Under the pieces are notes generated by a model. The model was given only the letters and a program-made list of their open reading frames with translations, did not search any database and was not told the origin of the DNA. Position numbers and translations under genes: made by a program. 64,000 nt of DNA from a bacterium (GTDB lineage Bacteria > SM23-31): positions 2,016,001 to 2,080,000 of the forward strand of contig OZ252239.1 of NCBI GenBank assembly GCA_965249485.1. Reading direction: 5' to 3'. This document shows positions 29,568 to 39,143 of the stretch, one piece after another. How positions within the stretch are numbered: position 1 is the stretch's first letter; each line of letters begins with the position of its first letter.

Positions 29568-30096
29568 AGTAATTAAGCGGGCGCAAAATCTGAAAGCACT
29601 CCTCCTTGATATCGATGGCGTTATGACAGATGGGAGTATAACGTTTGATTTTAAGGGACGTGAAATTAAACAATTCCATGTTCAGGATGGACTCGGAGTT
29701 TACTATGCAAGAAAAGCCGGGCTTTTTGTGGGTTTTATTACCGGACGTACATCACGGGTGAATAAGATTAGAGCGGTTGAGCTCAATGTCGATTTTCTCG
29801 ATCAAGGACACAAAAATAAGCTGAAACCTTATACTGTATTTAAAGAGAAGTTTCATCTCGAGGATGATGAAATCGGTTTTGTCGGAGACGATCTCCTCGA
29901 TCTCCCGATAATGCTCAAGTGCGGCTTCCCGGCAAGTGTTAAGAATGGGAGATCTGAAATTAAGAAAATCGCACAATATGTGACCGAAAAGCCCGGAGGT
30001 GAAGGAGCAGTGCGGGAAGTTATCGAATTCATTTTAAAACAGCAATGTAAATGGCAGGATATTGTCGACAGTTACCATGAAAAACCTATCCGTTGA
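29542..30096 (+). CDS. kdsC: KDO-8-phosphate phosphatase (HAD)
   Basis: DIDGVMTDG, FHVQDGLG, GDDLLD, GGEGAVRE. Confidence 0.94.
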   Translation: MSDQLYPNEVIKRAQNLKALLLDIDGVMTDGSITFDFKGREIKQFHVQDGLGVYYARKAGLFVGFITGRTSRVNKIRAVELNVDFLDQGHKNKLKPYTVFKEKFHLEDDEIGFVGDDLLDLPIMLKCGFPASVKNGRSEIKKIAQYVTEKPGGEGAVREVIEFILKQQCKWQDIVDSYHEKPIR

Positions 30097-31076
30097 AGGA
30101 TAAGAAAACTGTGAAATCGTCACTTGATACCGGAAGAGAAGTCATCAGAATAGAAGCAAAAGCGCTCTCCGCTCTTATCGATAAAATAGACGAGAAGTTC
30201 GATGAAGCTGTTGAGTTGCTTTATAACTGCACGGGCAGAGTAGTAGTGTCTGGCGTGGGGAAATCAGGTGTTATTGGAATGAAAATTTCGTCAACATTGT
30301 GCAGTACCGGAACGCCCGCGGTGTTTTTACATGCTTCCGACGGCCTTCATGGCGATTTAGGTATTGTAACAAAAAACGATGTAATGATCTGGATATCGAA
30401 AAGTGGAAATTCAGAAGAATTTAAATCAACATATCCGCTTTTGGATCGTATCGGAGTCCCAATTATTGCAATAACCGGCAATATGAATTCACATCTTGAA
30501 AAATATAGCAGTGTTGCACTTGATGTTACAATTACCGAAGAGGCATGTCCCAATAATCTTGCGCCGACTGCTAGTACAACAGCCACTCTTGCAATGGGAG
30601 ATGCGCTTGCGATAGCAGTACTCAAAAAACGCAATTTTACAAAGGAAGACTTTGCCTATCTACATCCTGGAGGGTCGCTCGGTAAACAGCTTCTGCTCAA
30701 AGTTGATGATATCATGCAGACTGGAGATCTCGTTCCCATAATTAAGCAAAATGCATCGTTTCACGATATCGTTCTGGAAATGAATTCAAAAAGATTCGGT
30801 AGCACCTGCGTTGTCAATGATGACAGAAGCCTCGCAGGTATAGTCACAGACGGCGATTTAAAACGATTAATTCAGGACAGGCAGGATTTGGATACGATTA
30901 CTGCTGTTCAGGTAATGAATAAAAGTCCAAAGACAGTTACAACCGGCATGCTTGCTGCAATGGCAATGCATATAATGAAAACACATGACATTATGCAGAT
31001 AATTGTCATTGACGAAAAGAGTAGCCCGGTCGGTATGATCCATCTTCACCATTTATTAGATGTCGGAATTTCATAA
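30093..31076 (+). CDS. kdsD: Arabinose-5-phosphate isomerase (KpsF/GutQ, SIS plus CBS)
   Basis: GVGKSG, STGTPA, HGDLG, EACPNNLAPTAST, HPGGSLG; two CBS domains. Confidence 0.95.
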   Translation: MKDKKTVKSSLDTGREVIRIEAKALSALIDKIDEKFDEAVELLYNCTGRVVVSGVGKSGVIGMKISSTLCSTGTPAVFLHASDGLHGDLGIVTKNDVMIWISKSGNSEEFKSTYPLLDRIGVPIIAITGNMNSHLEKYSSVALDVTITEEACPNNLAPTASTTATLAMGDALAIAVLKKRNFTKEDFAYLHPGGSLGKQLLLKVDDIMQTGDLVPIIKQNASFHDIVLEMNSKRFGSTCVVNDDRSLAGIVTDGDLKRLIQDRQDLDTITAVQVMNKSPKTVTTGMLAAMAMHIMKTHDIMQIIVIDEKSSPVGMIHLHHLLDVGIS

Positions 31077-31642
31077 GGGTTATTAGTACGATAAGTACTA
31101 CAATAAAAATTATTTTCGTCGGTATTTGTTTCCTGGTTATTTTTAGATGTTCCAATACAACTGAAAACGTTAATCAGGAACAGCAAAAAGCAGAAGAAAA
31201 ACCCGATCATGAGTCATGGCCGTTTAGTTTGACGATGACGTCGAATGGAACAAAAATGAGTGAAGTCAGATCGGGATATATGGCGCATTTCGCATCGAGA
31301 GATGCTTACGATTTGTCCGACTCGGTTATTATCGATTTTTATGATGAATTGGGAAACCATTCATCAAAGTTGACGTCTGATTTTTCAACAGTCAGTCAAC
31401 CAAACAATATAATGGTAGCATATGACAATGTTGTCGTTGTTTCCGATTCGGGTGTGACTCTTATAACGGAAGAGCTGAATTGGGATAATAAGCTGCACAT
31501 CGTTTTCACGGATAAATTCGTTACGTTTGTCACAGAAACCGATACACTTTTTGGACATGGTTTTGAGTCCGACCGTTCTTTGAAAAATTATAAGATCCAT
31601 AATCCGACAGGCATTTCACATAGAAACGTCGGTGACAAATAA
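31073..31642 (+). CDS. lptC: LPS export periplasmic protein LptC (start probably non-canonical, upstream of the TTG at 31229)
   Basis: LITEELNWD...FTDKFVTF...GHGFESD; position between kdsD and lptA; frame open from 31025 and encodes the membrane anchor KIIFVGICFLVIFRC upstream of the first canonical start. Confidence 0.8.
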   Translation: MRVISTISTTIKIIFVGICFLVIFRCSNTTENVNQEQQKAEEKPDHESWPFSLTMTSNGTKMSEVRSGYMAHFASRDAYDLSDSVIIDFYDELGNHSSKLTSDFSTVSQPNNIMVAYDNVVVVSDSGVTLITEELNWDNKLHIVFTDKFVTFVTETDTLFGHGFESDRSLKNYKIHNPTGISHRNVGDK

Positions 31643-32863
31643 ATGATTAATAAATCATGGTTCATATTAGCAGCAGGATTGATTCTTGCCGTCTTTAGCG
31701 GACCGTTGCTGGGTCAGGACCAGAAGGACCGGATACTCTTAAAAAAAGCCGATGAGATGACCGGGCAAACAATCGATGGACGAAATGCAACGCTGGTTAT
31801 TGGGTCTGTCCACTTTTTTGTCCCTGAACGGAATTTGGATATTTTCTGCGACACCACTTTTATTTTCAGAGAAACGTCGACCTATATTCTTTCAGGGAAT
31901 GTGCAGTTAATCGATACAGTACGGGTACTGCAATCAGATAAAGTTCACTTTGACATGATAACGGAGATTGCATTTAGCCCTGGGCCGTTTCTCTATACTG
32001 AACCCGTGACAGACAAAATATTAACGGCTGACAGCGGTAAGTATTACTATAAAGACCAGACACTTGTAGCAGAAAAAAATGTTCATTACCGGGAAGGATT
32101 CAGAGAACTCCGTGCTAACAAGATGGACTACGGTGAAGTTGCACAAGAAGTCCGTGCTGAGGGGGATGTTCTTTTTTACGATCTTGTTCGGAATGTTACA
32201 GCGACTTCGCAGTACGGTGAATATTTTCAGAATAAAGGGTACGGCAAATTTACCGGTGAACCATTGATAGTGCAGCCGAGCATTATCGGAGCTGATACAA
32301 TGTATATTTCGGGCAAAATAATGGAATACTATGGAGGAAACGAATCCAGATTTGTTGTGACGGATAGTGTCTCTATCATTCGTGGCCCAGTGGAGGGTTT
32401 GAGCAACAAAGCAACATACGAATTTGACCAATCAAAGGTTGTTCTCGAAGAAAATCCGATGATTCTCCATGAGTCAACAGAGATTTACGGGAGCCAGATA
32501 GATTTGCTCCTTCAATACAATGTACTGAAGGAAATAGTGGTTATAGATAGTGCTGTTGCTTATACCGTTGCCGACACCTCAGGTAGATATAATATAAAAA
32601 ATGAGCTACACGGTAAAATAATAAATATCTTCCTGAAAGGTGAACGGATAGAGAGAATAGTCGCAACACAAAATGCTGAAAGTATCTATTACAGTTTTGA
32701 AAATGATGAGTTGCAGGGAAAGAACGTTTCTACTTCAGGACAGATAACTATTTTATTAGAAAATGGTCAACTCATCGAAATAAAAAGTGTTAACGGAATA
32801 ATAGGGGAATTTACACCGGCTAGTATGCTACCGGAAATCAGTAACAGAAAACGCGATGAGTGA
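31643..32863 (+). CDS. lptA: LptA/OstA-like beta-jellyroll LPS transport protein (long form)
   Basis: Signal peptide, repeated beta-strand units (GNV/GDV, ADSG.Y), position between lptC and lptB. Confidence 0.78.
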   Translation: MINKSWFILAAGLILAVFSGPLLGQDQKDRILLKKADEMTGQTIDGRNATLVIGSVHFFVPERNLDIFCDTTFIFRETSTYILSGNVQLIDTVRVLQSDKVHFDMITEIAFSPGPFLYTEPVTDKILTADSGKYYYKDQTLVAEKNVHYREGFRELRANKMDYGEVAQEVRAEGDVLFYDLVRNVTATSQYGEYFQNKGYGKFTGEPLIVQPSIIGADTMYISGKIMEYYGGNESRFVVTDSVSIIRGPVEGLSNKATYEFDQSKVVLEENPMILHESTEIYGSQIDLLLQYNVLKEIVVIDSAVAYTVADTSGRYNIKNELHGKIINIFLKGERIERIVATQNAESIYYSFENDELQGKNVSTSGQITILLENGQLIEIKSVNGIIGEFTPASMLPEISNRKRDE

Positions 32864-33596
32864 AAACAATCTTCTGCTGCGGGCAGATAATCTGGTAAAA
32901 TTTTACGGAAAGCGGCAAGTTGTTAATCAGGTTTCGATCGAGATTCAACAGGGTGAAATAGTTGGTCTGCTTGGGCCGAATGGCGCCGGAAAAACAACGA
33001 CATTCTACATGATTACAGGCATGATCAAACCGTCCGATGGTAAAGTCTTTCTCGGTGAGAAGGAGATTACTAAGTTGGCTATGTATCGCAGATCTCGGTT
33101 GGGTATCGGTTATCTTGCGCAGGAACCATCAGTTTTCAGAACTTTAACAGTAGAAGAAAACATATTGGCAATTCTCCAGACGATTTCGATAGAGCGCAAA
33201 GAACGTAAAGAGCGGCTGGAACATTTGCTGAATGAACTCGGATTAAGTAAACTCAGAAAAAGCAAAGCGTTTACACTCTCAGGAGGTGAGAGGAGAAAAG
33301 TTGAAATAACACGAGCGCTTGTTACAAATCCCAAATTCATTCTGCTTGATGAACCGTTTTCAGGAGTCGACCCGATAGCGGTTGAAGAAATACAGCGAAT
33401 TGTACGTGAATTGACAAAGAAGAATATTGGTGTTCTCATAACTGATCATAATGTTCACGAGACACTTTCAATTACAAACAGGGCATACCTCCTTTATGAA
33501 GGTAGAGTATTAAAATCGGGTAGTGCGGCTTTTCTGGCGAATGATGATGAGACCAGAAAACTCTATTTAGGTGACAAGTTTAGATTGGACAGGTAA
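32856..33596 (+). CDS. lptB: LPS export ABC transporter ATPase
   Basis: GLLGPNGAGKTTTFY, LSGGERR, LLDEPFSGVDPIAV, ITDHNV. Confidence 0.97.
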   Translation: MSENNLLLRADNLVKFYGKRQVVNQVSIEIQQGEIVGLLGPNGAGKTTTFYMITGMIKPSDGKVFLGEKEITKLAMYRRSRLGIGYLAQEPSVFRTLTVEENILAILQTISIERKERKERLEHLLNELGLSKLRKSKAFTLSGGERRKVEITRALVTNPKFILLDEPFSGVDPIAVEEIQRIVRELTKKNIGVLITDHNVHETLSITNRAYLLYEGRVLKSGSAAFLANDDETRKLYLGDKFRLDR

Positions 33597-33601
33597 CAAC
33601 T

Positions 33602-35053
33602 ATGGTACGATTAGAACAAAGATTTTCACTTCAACAGCGGTTGTCGCCTCAGCATGTACTGTTTTCAACCTTGCTCCAAATGCCAGTAATGACACTTGAG
33701 CAAAAGATTCAAACTGAGCTTGAGCAAAATCCTCTTCTTGAGGAAAATACGGAGATTGAGATTGACGAAAGTCAAAATGAAGAATTTCCTGATCCCGTTC
33801 AAGAAGAAATAAAAGAAAGCGACAGCGAGAAAGAGGATGCACAAGAAGAATCTGATTCGGGCGATGAGTTCGATATTCAAGAGTTTTTGAATGATGAAGA
33901 CGATTATGAGTTTGTACCGAAATATCGTAATACAGAGGAAGAAGATTTTCGGCCTGATCCGGCACCGGTGACACTCGCAGAGCATCTTCTGTCGCAATTC
34001 CATTTCCTCCGTCTCTCCGAACAAGGTGTTGAAATCGGTGAATATATAATTTGGAATATTAATGAAGACGGCTATCTTTCAACAGATACCGAAACACTTG
34101 CACGTAATCTCTCGGTACCACCTGATAAGATCATTACTCCAGAGAAAGTAGAATCAATTTTACTGAAAATTCAAACACTTGACCCCGTCGGCATCGGCGC
34201 TCGCACCCTTCAGGAATGCCTCGTCCTACAGCTAAACGATCAGGCTAAAGATAACACACTCGCAATTGCAATGTTGGAAGATCATTTTGATGATTTCAAA
34301 AATAAAAGGTATGAAAAATTGATGAAGCATCTGAATGCAGATGCCGAGGATATAAAAAACGCCATTGATGACATCAGCAAACTCAATCCCAAACCGGGTG
34401 AGGGATATTTTTCCACGAATGAAAACTACATAATTCCGGATATTATCGTAGATAGTGTAGGCAATGAATTTATTCCTAGTATTAATGATACGAATATTCC
34501 GCAGCTCCGCATCAGTAATGCTTATCGCCGCATGCTGACCGAAGGATCGAGCGTATCGAATGAAACAAAAAAATACATTCATCAGAAACTCGAATCTGCC
34601 AGATGGCTTATCAATTCTATACAGCAGCGGAAAATTACCATGATTAAGGTCATGCTGGAAATAATAAGCCGGCAGAAAGAATTCTTTTCAAAAGGTCAGA
34701 AATACATCAAGCCGATGATTTTAAAAGACATCGCCGACGTGATTGAAATGGATATTTCGACAATCAGCAGAGTCACAAACGGAAAATATGTGCAGACCGA
34801 TTTCGGTGTGTTTGAGCTTAAGTATTTCTTTAGTGACCGTATGATGACAGATGACGGTGATGAAATTTCGACACTACGACTAAAAAACCAGATAAAAGAG
34901 ATCATTGAGAGCGAAAACCACCAAAAACCCTTAACTGACGGACATATCGCTGAAATAGTTGCTGAAAAAGGTGTACCTATTGCCCGTCGAACGGTAGCAA
35001 AATATAGAGAGCAGATGAGGATTCCAGTTGCCAGGTTGAGGAGAAGAATTTAA
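33602..35053 (+). CDS. rpoN: RNA polymerase sigma-54 factor
   Basis: Q-rich N-terminus, NPLLE, DPVGIGAR, STISRV, RpoN box ARRTVAKYRE. Confidence 0.98.
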   Translation: MVRLEQRFSLQQRLSPQHVLFSTLLQMPVMTLEQKIQTELEQNPLLEENTEIEIDESQNEEFPDPVQEEIKESDSEKEDAQEESDSGDEFDIQEFLNDEDDYEFVPKYRNTEEEDFRPDPAPVTLAEHLLSQFHFLRLSEQGVEIGEYIIWNINEDGYLSTDTETLARNLSVPPDKIITPEKVESILLKIQTLDPVGIGARTLQECLVLQLNDQAKDNTLAIAMLEDHFDDFKNKRYEKLMKHLNADAEDIKNAIDDISKLNPKPGEGYFSTNENYIIPDIIVDSVGNEFIPSINDTNIPQLRISNAYRRMLTEGSSVSNETKKYIHQKLESARWLINSIQQRKITMIKVMLEIISRQKEFFSKGQKYIKPMILKDIADVIEMDISTISRVTNGKYVQTDFGVFELKYFFSDRMMTDDGDEISTLRLKNQIKEIIESENHQKPLTDGHIAEIVAEKGVPIARRTVAKYREQMRIPVARLRRRI

Positions 35054-35137
35054 TCGCAATTACTAAATATGATAATGTAAAACTTCAAACATTAGTAACA
35101 TTATTCGCAATACATTTTAATTAATTAGGGAGAGAAA

Positions 35138-36130
35138 ATGCAACAGAAACCGCGTTACCCGGGGGGTGAAATTAATATTCCCCAAATTGATTTTAAAAAT
35201 ATTAATCCGAAGATGATTTACGGAGCCGTCGCGGCCATTATAGTCATATGGATCCTGTCAGGTATTTATTTTGTCGGGCAGCAGGAAGAAGGTGTTGTCC
35301 GGCGATTTGGAAAATTTATTGAAAGGGTTGGTCCCGGTCCCCACTATAAACTGCCATGGCCGATGGATAAAGTTGATAAACCGAAAGTTGAAGAAATAAG
35401 AGGTATTGAGATCGGTTTTCGGACGCTTTCCCCGGGAACAGCAACATCTTCAGCACGGTATATGCAGGTGGGTGAAGAATCCCTCATGCTGACAGGTGAT
35501 GAAAACATTGTAGATCTCGATGTGATTGTGCAATACCGGATCAGAGATGCAGTCAATTATCTCTTTAAGGTAAGAAACCCTGACCAGACAGTCAGAAATG
35601 CGGCCGAAGCTGCTATTCGGTCGATTATAGGCAAAAACACAATCGATGATGCGTTGACGGAAAATAAAACAGCAATACAGAACGACGCGCTGCTGGAATT
35701 ACAGACAACTCTCGATGAGTATGAAGCAGGAATCTATATAGTCGCGGTAAACCTGCAGGATGTGCAACCACCCGAAGAGGTTGCCGATTCATTCAGAGAT
35801 GTTGCGAGAGCGATCCAGGACAAAAACAGGCTTATTAATGAAGCCCAGGGGTATAGAAATGATTTAATTCCACGTACTCGAGGAGAAGCTGAACAGCAGA
35901 TTCGTCAGGCTGAGGCTTACAGCGAGGAACGGGTTCGAAGATCTCAGGGTGATATCGACAGATTTCTTTCCATTCTTCAGCAATATAATAAGTCAAAAGA
36001 TGTGACAAAAAAACGACTTTACATAGAAACGATGGAAAAGATTCTTCCCGGTATGGAAAAATATATCATACAATCGGATAATAATGGCGGTATTTTAAAT
36101 CTGATCCAGCTCAACAAGGGAGGACAGTAA
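35138..36130 (+). CDS. hflK: FtsH protease modulator HflK
   Basis: SPFH domain, MLTGDENIV, NEAQGYRN, RLYIETME. Confidence 0.95.
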   Translation: MQQKPRYPGGEINIPQIDFKNINPKMIYGAVAAIIVIWILSGIYFVGQQEEGVVRRFGKFIERVGPGPHYKLPWPMDKVDKPKVEEIRGIEIGFRTLSPGTATSSARYMQVGEESLMLTGDENIVDLDVIVQYRIRDAVNYLFKVRNPDQTVRNAAEAAIRSIIGKNTIDDALTENKTAIQNDALLELQTTLDEYEAGIYIVAVNLQDVQPPEEVADSFRDVARAIQDKNRLINEAQGYRNDLIPRTRGEAEQQIRQAEAYSEERVRRSQGDIDRFLSILQQYNKSKDVTKKRLYIETMEKILPGMEKYIIQSDNNGGILNLIQLNKGGQ

Positions 36131-36990
36131 TGGAACGGAAAATGAGTATAATTGCAATTGCAGTCTTAGCTGCATTTATTTTGCTGAATTCGATAATGTA
36201 CTCTGTTGATGAGACTGAGCAGGCTGTTGTCCTGCGGTTTGAGGAAATTGTCTATACGGTGACAGAGGCAGGTCTCCAATTTAAATTGCCGTTTATTGAG
36301 AAGGTTGAAGTATTTGAAAAACGTCTTTTGGAATACGATGCGGCACCGAAAGAAATAATCACCAACGATAAGAAGACGCTGGTTGTCGATAATTTTGCAC
36401 GCTGGAAAATTTCCAATTTGACGACATTCTTTGAGCGTGTCAGAACTGAAAACGCAGCACAAAATCGGCTTGATGAAATCATATACTCAGATCTGAGAAA
36501 TGAATTAGGAAAGTACACGTTTAGCGAAATAATATCTGAAAGACGACAGGATATAATGAATTTAGTAATGGAACTTTCAAATATTAAATGTGCCGATCTC
36601 GGAATTGAAATTATCGATGTCAGAATTAAACGTGCCGATCTGCCGCCTGAAAATGAAACTGCGGTATTTGAGCGGATGCGCGCAGAACGGAGACGGCAGG
36701 CAAATCTATCCCGCTCAGAGGGTGAAGAAGAGTCACTCAAGATTCGAGCGGAAACCGACAAGCAGGCCACCATAATTCAGGCCGAAGCGTATCAAAAATC
36801 TCAGCAGGCACGGGGTGAAGGTGACGCAGCAGCACTGACAATTTTTGCGGATGGCTATAACCGTGATCCCGATTTTTTCCAGTTTATGCGAACGCTTGAA
36901 GCATATGAAGTAACACTGAAGGACAAAACCACGTTGGTTTTGCCGCCCGATTCGGATTTTCTGAAATTCCTGACGCAGATAGAAAATTAA
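36130..36990 (+). CDS. hflC: FtsH protease modulator HflC
   Basis: DKKTLVVD, DVRIKRADLP, RMRAER, FFQFMRTLEAY. Confidence 0.96.
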   Translation: MERKMSIIAIAVLAAFILLNSIMYSVDETEQAVVLRFEEIVYTVTEAGLQFKLPFIEKVEVFEKRLLEYDAAPKEIITNDKKTLVVDNFARWKISNLTTFFERVRTENAAQNRLDEIIYSDLRNELGKYTFSEIISERRQDIMNLVMELSNIKCADLGIEIIDVRIKRADLPPENETAVFERMRAERRRQANLSRSEGEEESLKIRAETDKQATIIQAEAYQKSQQARGEGDAAALTIFADGYNRDPDFFQFMRTLEAYEVTLKDKTTLVLPPDSDFLKFLTQIEN

Positions 36991-37023
36991 TGTATTTTCA
37001 ACTAGTAAATGTGTGAGGATGTT

Positions 37024-37596
37024 ATGAATGCGGAAATGCGTATTCGTGCAACAACGATAATTGGAATAATTCGAAATGGTGAAGTTGCTCTTGGCGGAGA
37101 CGGTCAAGTGACTTTAGGGGATACCATTGTCAAGCAAAATACCCGAAAAATCAGAAAAATGGGCAATGATACCATAGTAGCCGGTTTTGCCGGCACTGCC
37201 GCTGATGCATTTACGCTTTTTGACAAATTTGAGCAGAAACTCGATCAGTATAGCGGAAATCTAGAGCGGGCAGCGGTCGAGCTTGCAAAAGATTGGAGAA
37301 CAGACAAATATCTCAGACGTCTTGAAGCACTACTTGGTGTAATGAGTATAGATCGCTCGTTTATTATATCAGGATCGGGCGATGTGATTGAACCAGAAGA
37401 CGGTATTGTTGCGATCGGCTCCGGCGGGACATATGCACTTGCTGTTGCACGCGCGCTCGTGAAAAATACAAACAAAAGCGCTCGGGAAATAGTTGAGGAG
37501 TCGTTAGAAATCGCTGCAGATATCTGCATATATACGAACAAAGAGATTGTTGTCGAAGAAATAACCAAGAAACAAAAGAGGTCCGGAAAGAAGTAA
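37024..37596 (+). CDS. hslV: ATP-dependent protease peptidase subunit
   Basis: ATTI catalytic Thr after a short leader, [30 protein letters not shown]. Confidence 0.97.
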   Translation: MNAEMRIRATTIIGIIRNGEVALGGDGQVTLGDTIVKQNTRKIRKMGNDTIVAGFAGTAADAFTLFDKFEQKLDQYSGNLERAAVELAKDWRTDKYLRRLEALLGVMSIDRSFIISGSGDVIEPEDGIVAIGSGGTYALAVARALVKNTNKSAREIVEESLEIAADICIYTNKEIVVEEITKKQKRSGKK

Positions 37597-38951
37597 TGAA
37601 AGTCAAAGAGTTTACCCCTAAAGAGATTGTCAAAGAACTTGACAAATATATAATCGGACAGAAAAATGCCAAAAAATCTGTGGCGATTGCATTACGCAAC
37701 AGATGGAGACGGCAACAGGTCCATGAAGAATTGCGCGAAGAAATTATGCCGAACAATATAATTCTTATCGGCTCAACCGGTGTTGGAAAAACCGAAATTG
37801 CCCGGCGGCTTGCAAAGTTATCAAATGCGCCATTTATTAAAGTCGAGGCTTCAAAGTTTACCGAAGTCGGGTATGTTGGACGTGATGTCGAATCTATCAT
37901 TCGTGATCTTACCGATATTTCGGTAGCAATGATAAAGTCGGATAAGACCAAAATCGTTCAAGAAGAAGCCGAATTCCTAGCGGAAGAGCGGATACTCGAG
38001 ATGCTCCTGCCCGCCGTGCAAAAGCGCAAAGAACTCAACGATGATGAAGATACCGACATTGCCGATAAATTTGAACGGACACGCGAAAAACTTCGTTTGC
38101 AATTAAGGGAAGGCAAACTTGAAGATAGAATGATTGAACTTGACCTTCCGCAGGATTCGTTTCCTATGATGCAGATTTTTTCTCCTGTTGGAATAGAGGA
38201 AATGGGACTCAACATTCAGGACCTTTTCGGTGGTTTGATGCCGAAAAAGATGAAGAAAAGGAAAATGTCGATATCAGAAGCACGAACGTTTTTCATTCAG
38301 GAAGAAGCGCAAAAGCTGATCGACATGGAAAAGGTCATCAAAGAATCAGTTACCTGGGTTGAGCAGTCAGGTATTGTATTTCTTGATGAAATCGATAAAA
38401 TAGCCGGTGAAGATCACGGCAATGGACCGGATGTATCACGCGAAGGAGTTCAGCGCGATCTGTTGCCGATTGTGGAAGGTTCGATTGTTGTTACAAAGTA
38501 CGGAATGGTCAAAACCGACCATATTCTCTTTATTGCATCGGGAGCGTTTCACTCTGCAAAACCTTCCGATCTGATTCCAGAGTTACAAGGGCGTTTTCCT
38601 ATCCGTGTCGAACTCGACAACCTTACAACGAATGATTTTGTACGGATATTAAAAGAACCGCAAAATGCTCTGACGATTCAGTATGCAGAACTTTTGAAAA
38701 CTGAAAAAATCGAGCTTGATTTTACTAAAGAAGGTATTTATGAAATTGCCCGTACAGCCCATGAAGTAAACGAACGCACGGAAAACATTGGCGCACGCCG
38801 TCTCCATACGGTTATGACTATCCTGCTTGATGAAATTTTGTTCATGTCTCCGCAGAAGCGTGTTAAAGTGATCAATATTACCGGGGACTATGTCAATAAT
38901 GTGTTAAGTGAAATCGTCGAAGATGAAGATTTGACACGGTATATATTGTAA
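37596..38951 (+). CDS. hslU: ATP-dependent protease ATPase subunit
   Basis: [55 protein letters not shown]. Confidence 0.98.
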   Translation: MKVKEFTPKEIVKELDKYIIGQKNAKKSVAIALRNRWRRQQVHEELREEIMPNNIILIGSTGVGKTEIARRLAKLSNAPFIKVEASKFTEVGYVGRDVESIIRDLTDISVAMIKSDKTKIVQEEAEFLAEERILEMLLPAVQKRKELNDDEDTDIADKFERTREKLRLQLREGKLEDRMIELDLPQDSFPMMQIFSPVGIEEMGLNIQDLFGGLMPKKMKKRKMSISEARTFFIQEEAQKLIDMEKVIKESVTWVEQSGIVFLDEIDKIAGEDHGNGPDVSREGVQRDLLPIVEGSIVVTKYGMVKTDHILFIASGAFHSAKPSDLIPELQGRFPIRVELDNLTTNDFVRILKEPQNALTIQYAELLKTEKIELDFTKEGIYEIARTAHEVNERTENIGARRLHTVMTILLDEILFMSPQKRVKVINITGDYVNNVLSEIVEDEDLTRYIL

Positions 38952-39143
38952 AGGATCGAATTTAACACAAGAAGTGCTCATCGCGTGAAACTACCGTATT
39001 GCAACTTTCTTGAACATATAATTGCAATACCGCTGCTCCATTTTTGCTTGCCTTTTAAGTATGGTATTCCGACATTACTCTTGCCTCAGTAAGTAAGTGT
39101 TGTACAAATTCATCAATCTATCATCGCACTACAGTAGAAATCA

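Noticed and set aside
36252..37951. Long antisense ORFs opposite hflC and hslVU (and similar ones elsewhere)
   Set aside because: Shadow frames of well-conserved genes with no independent coding signal.
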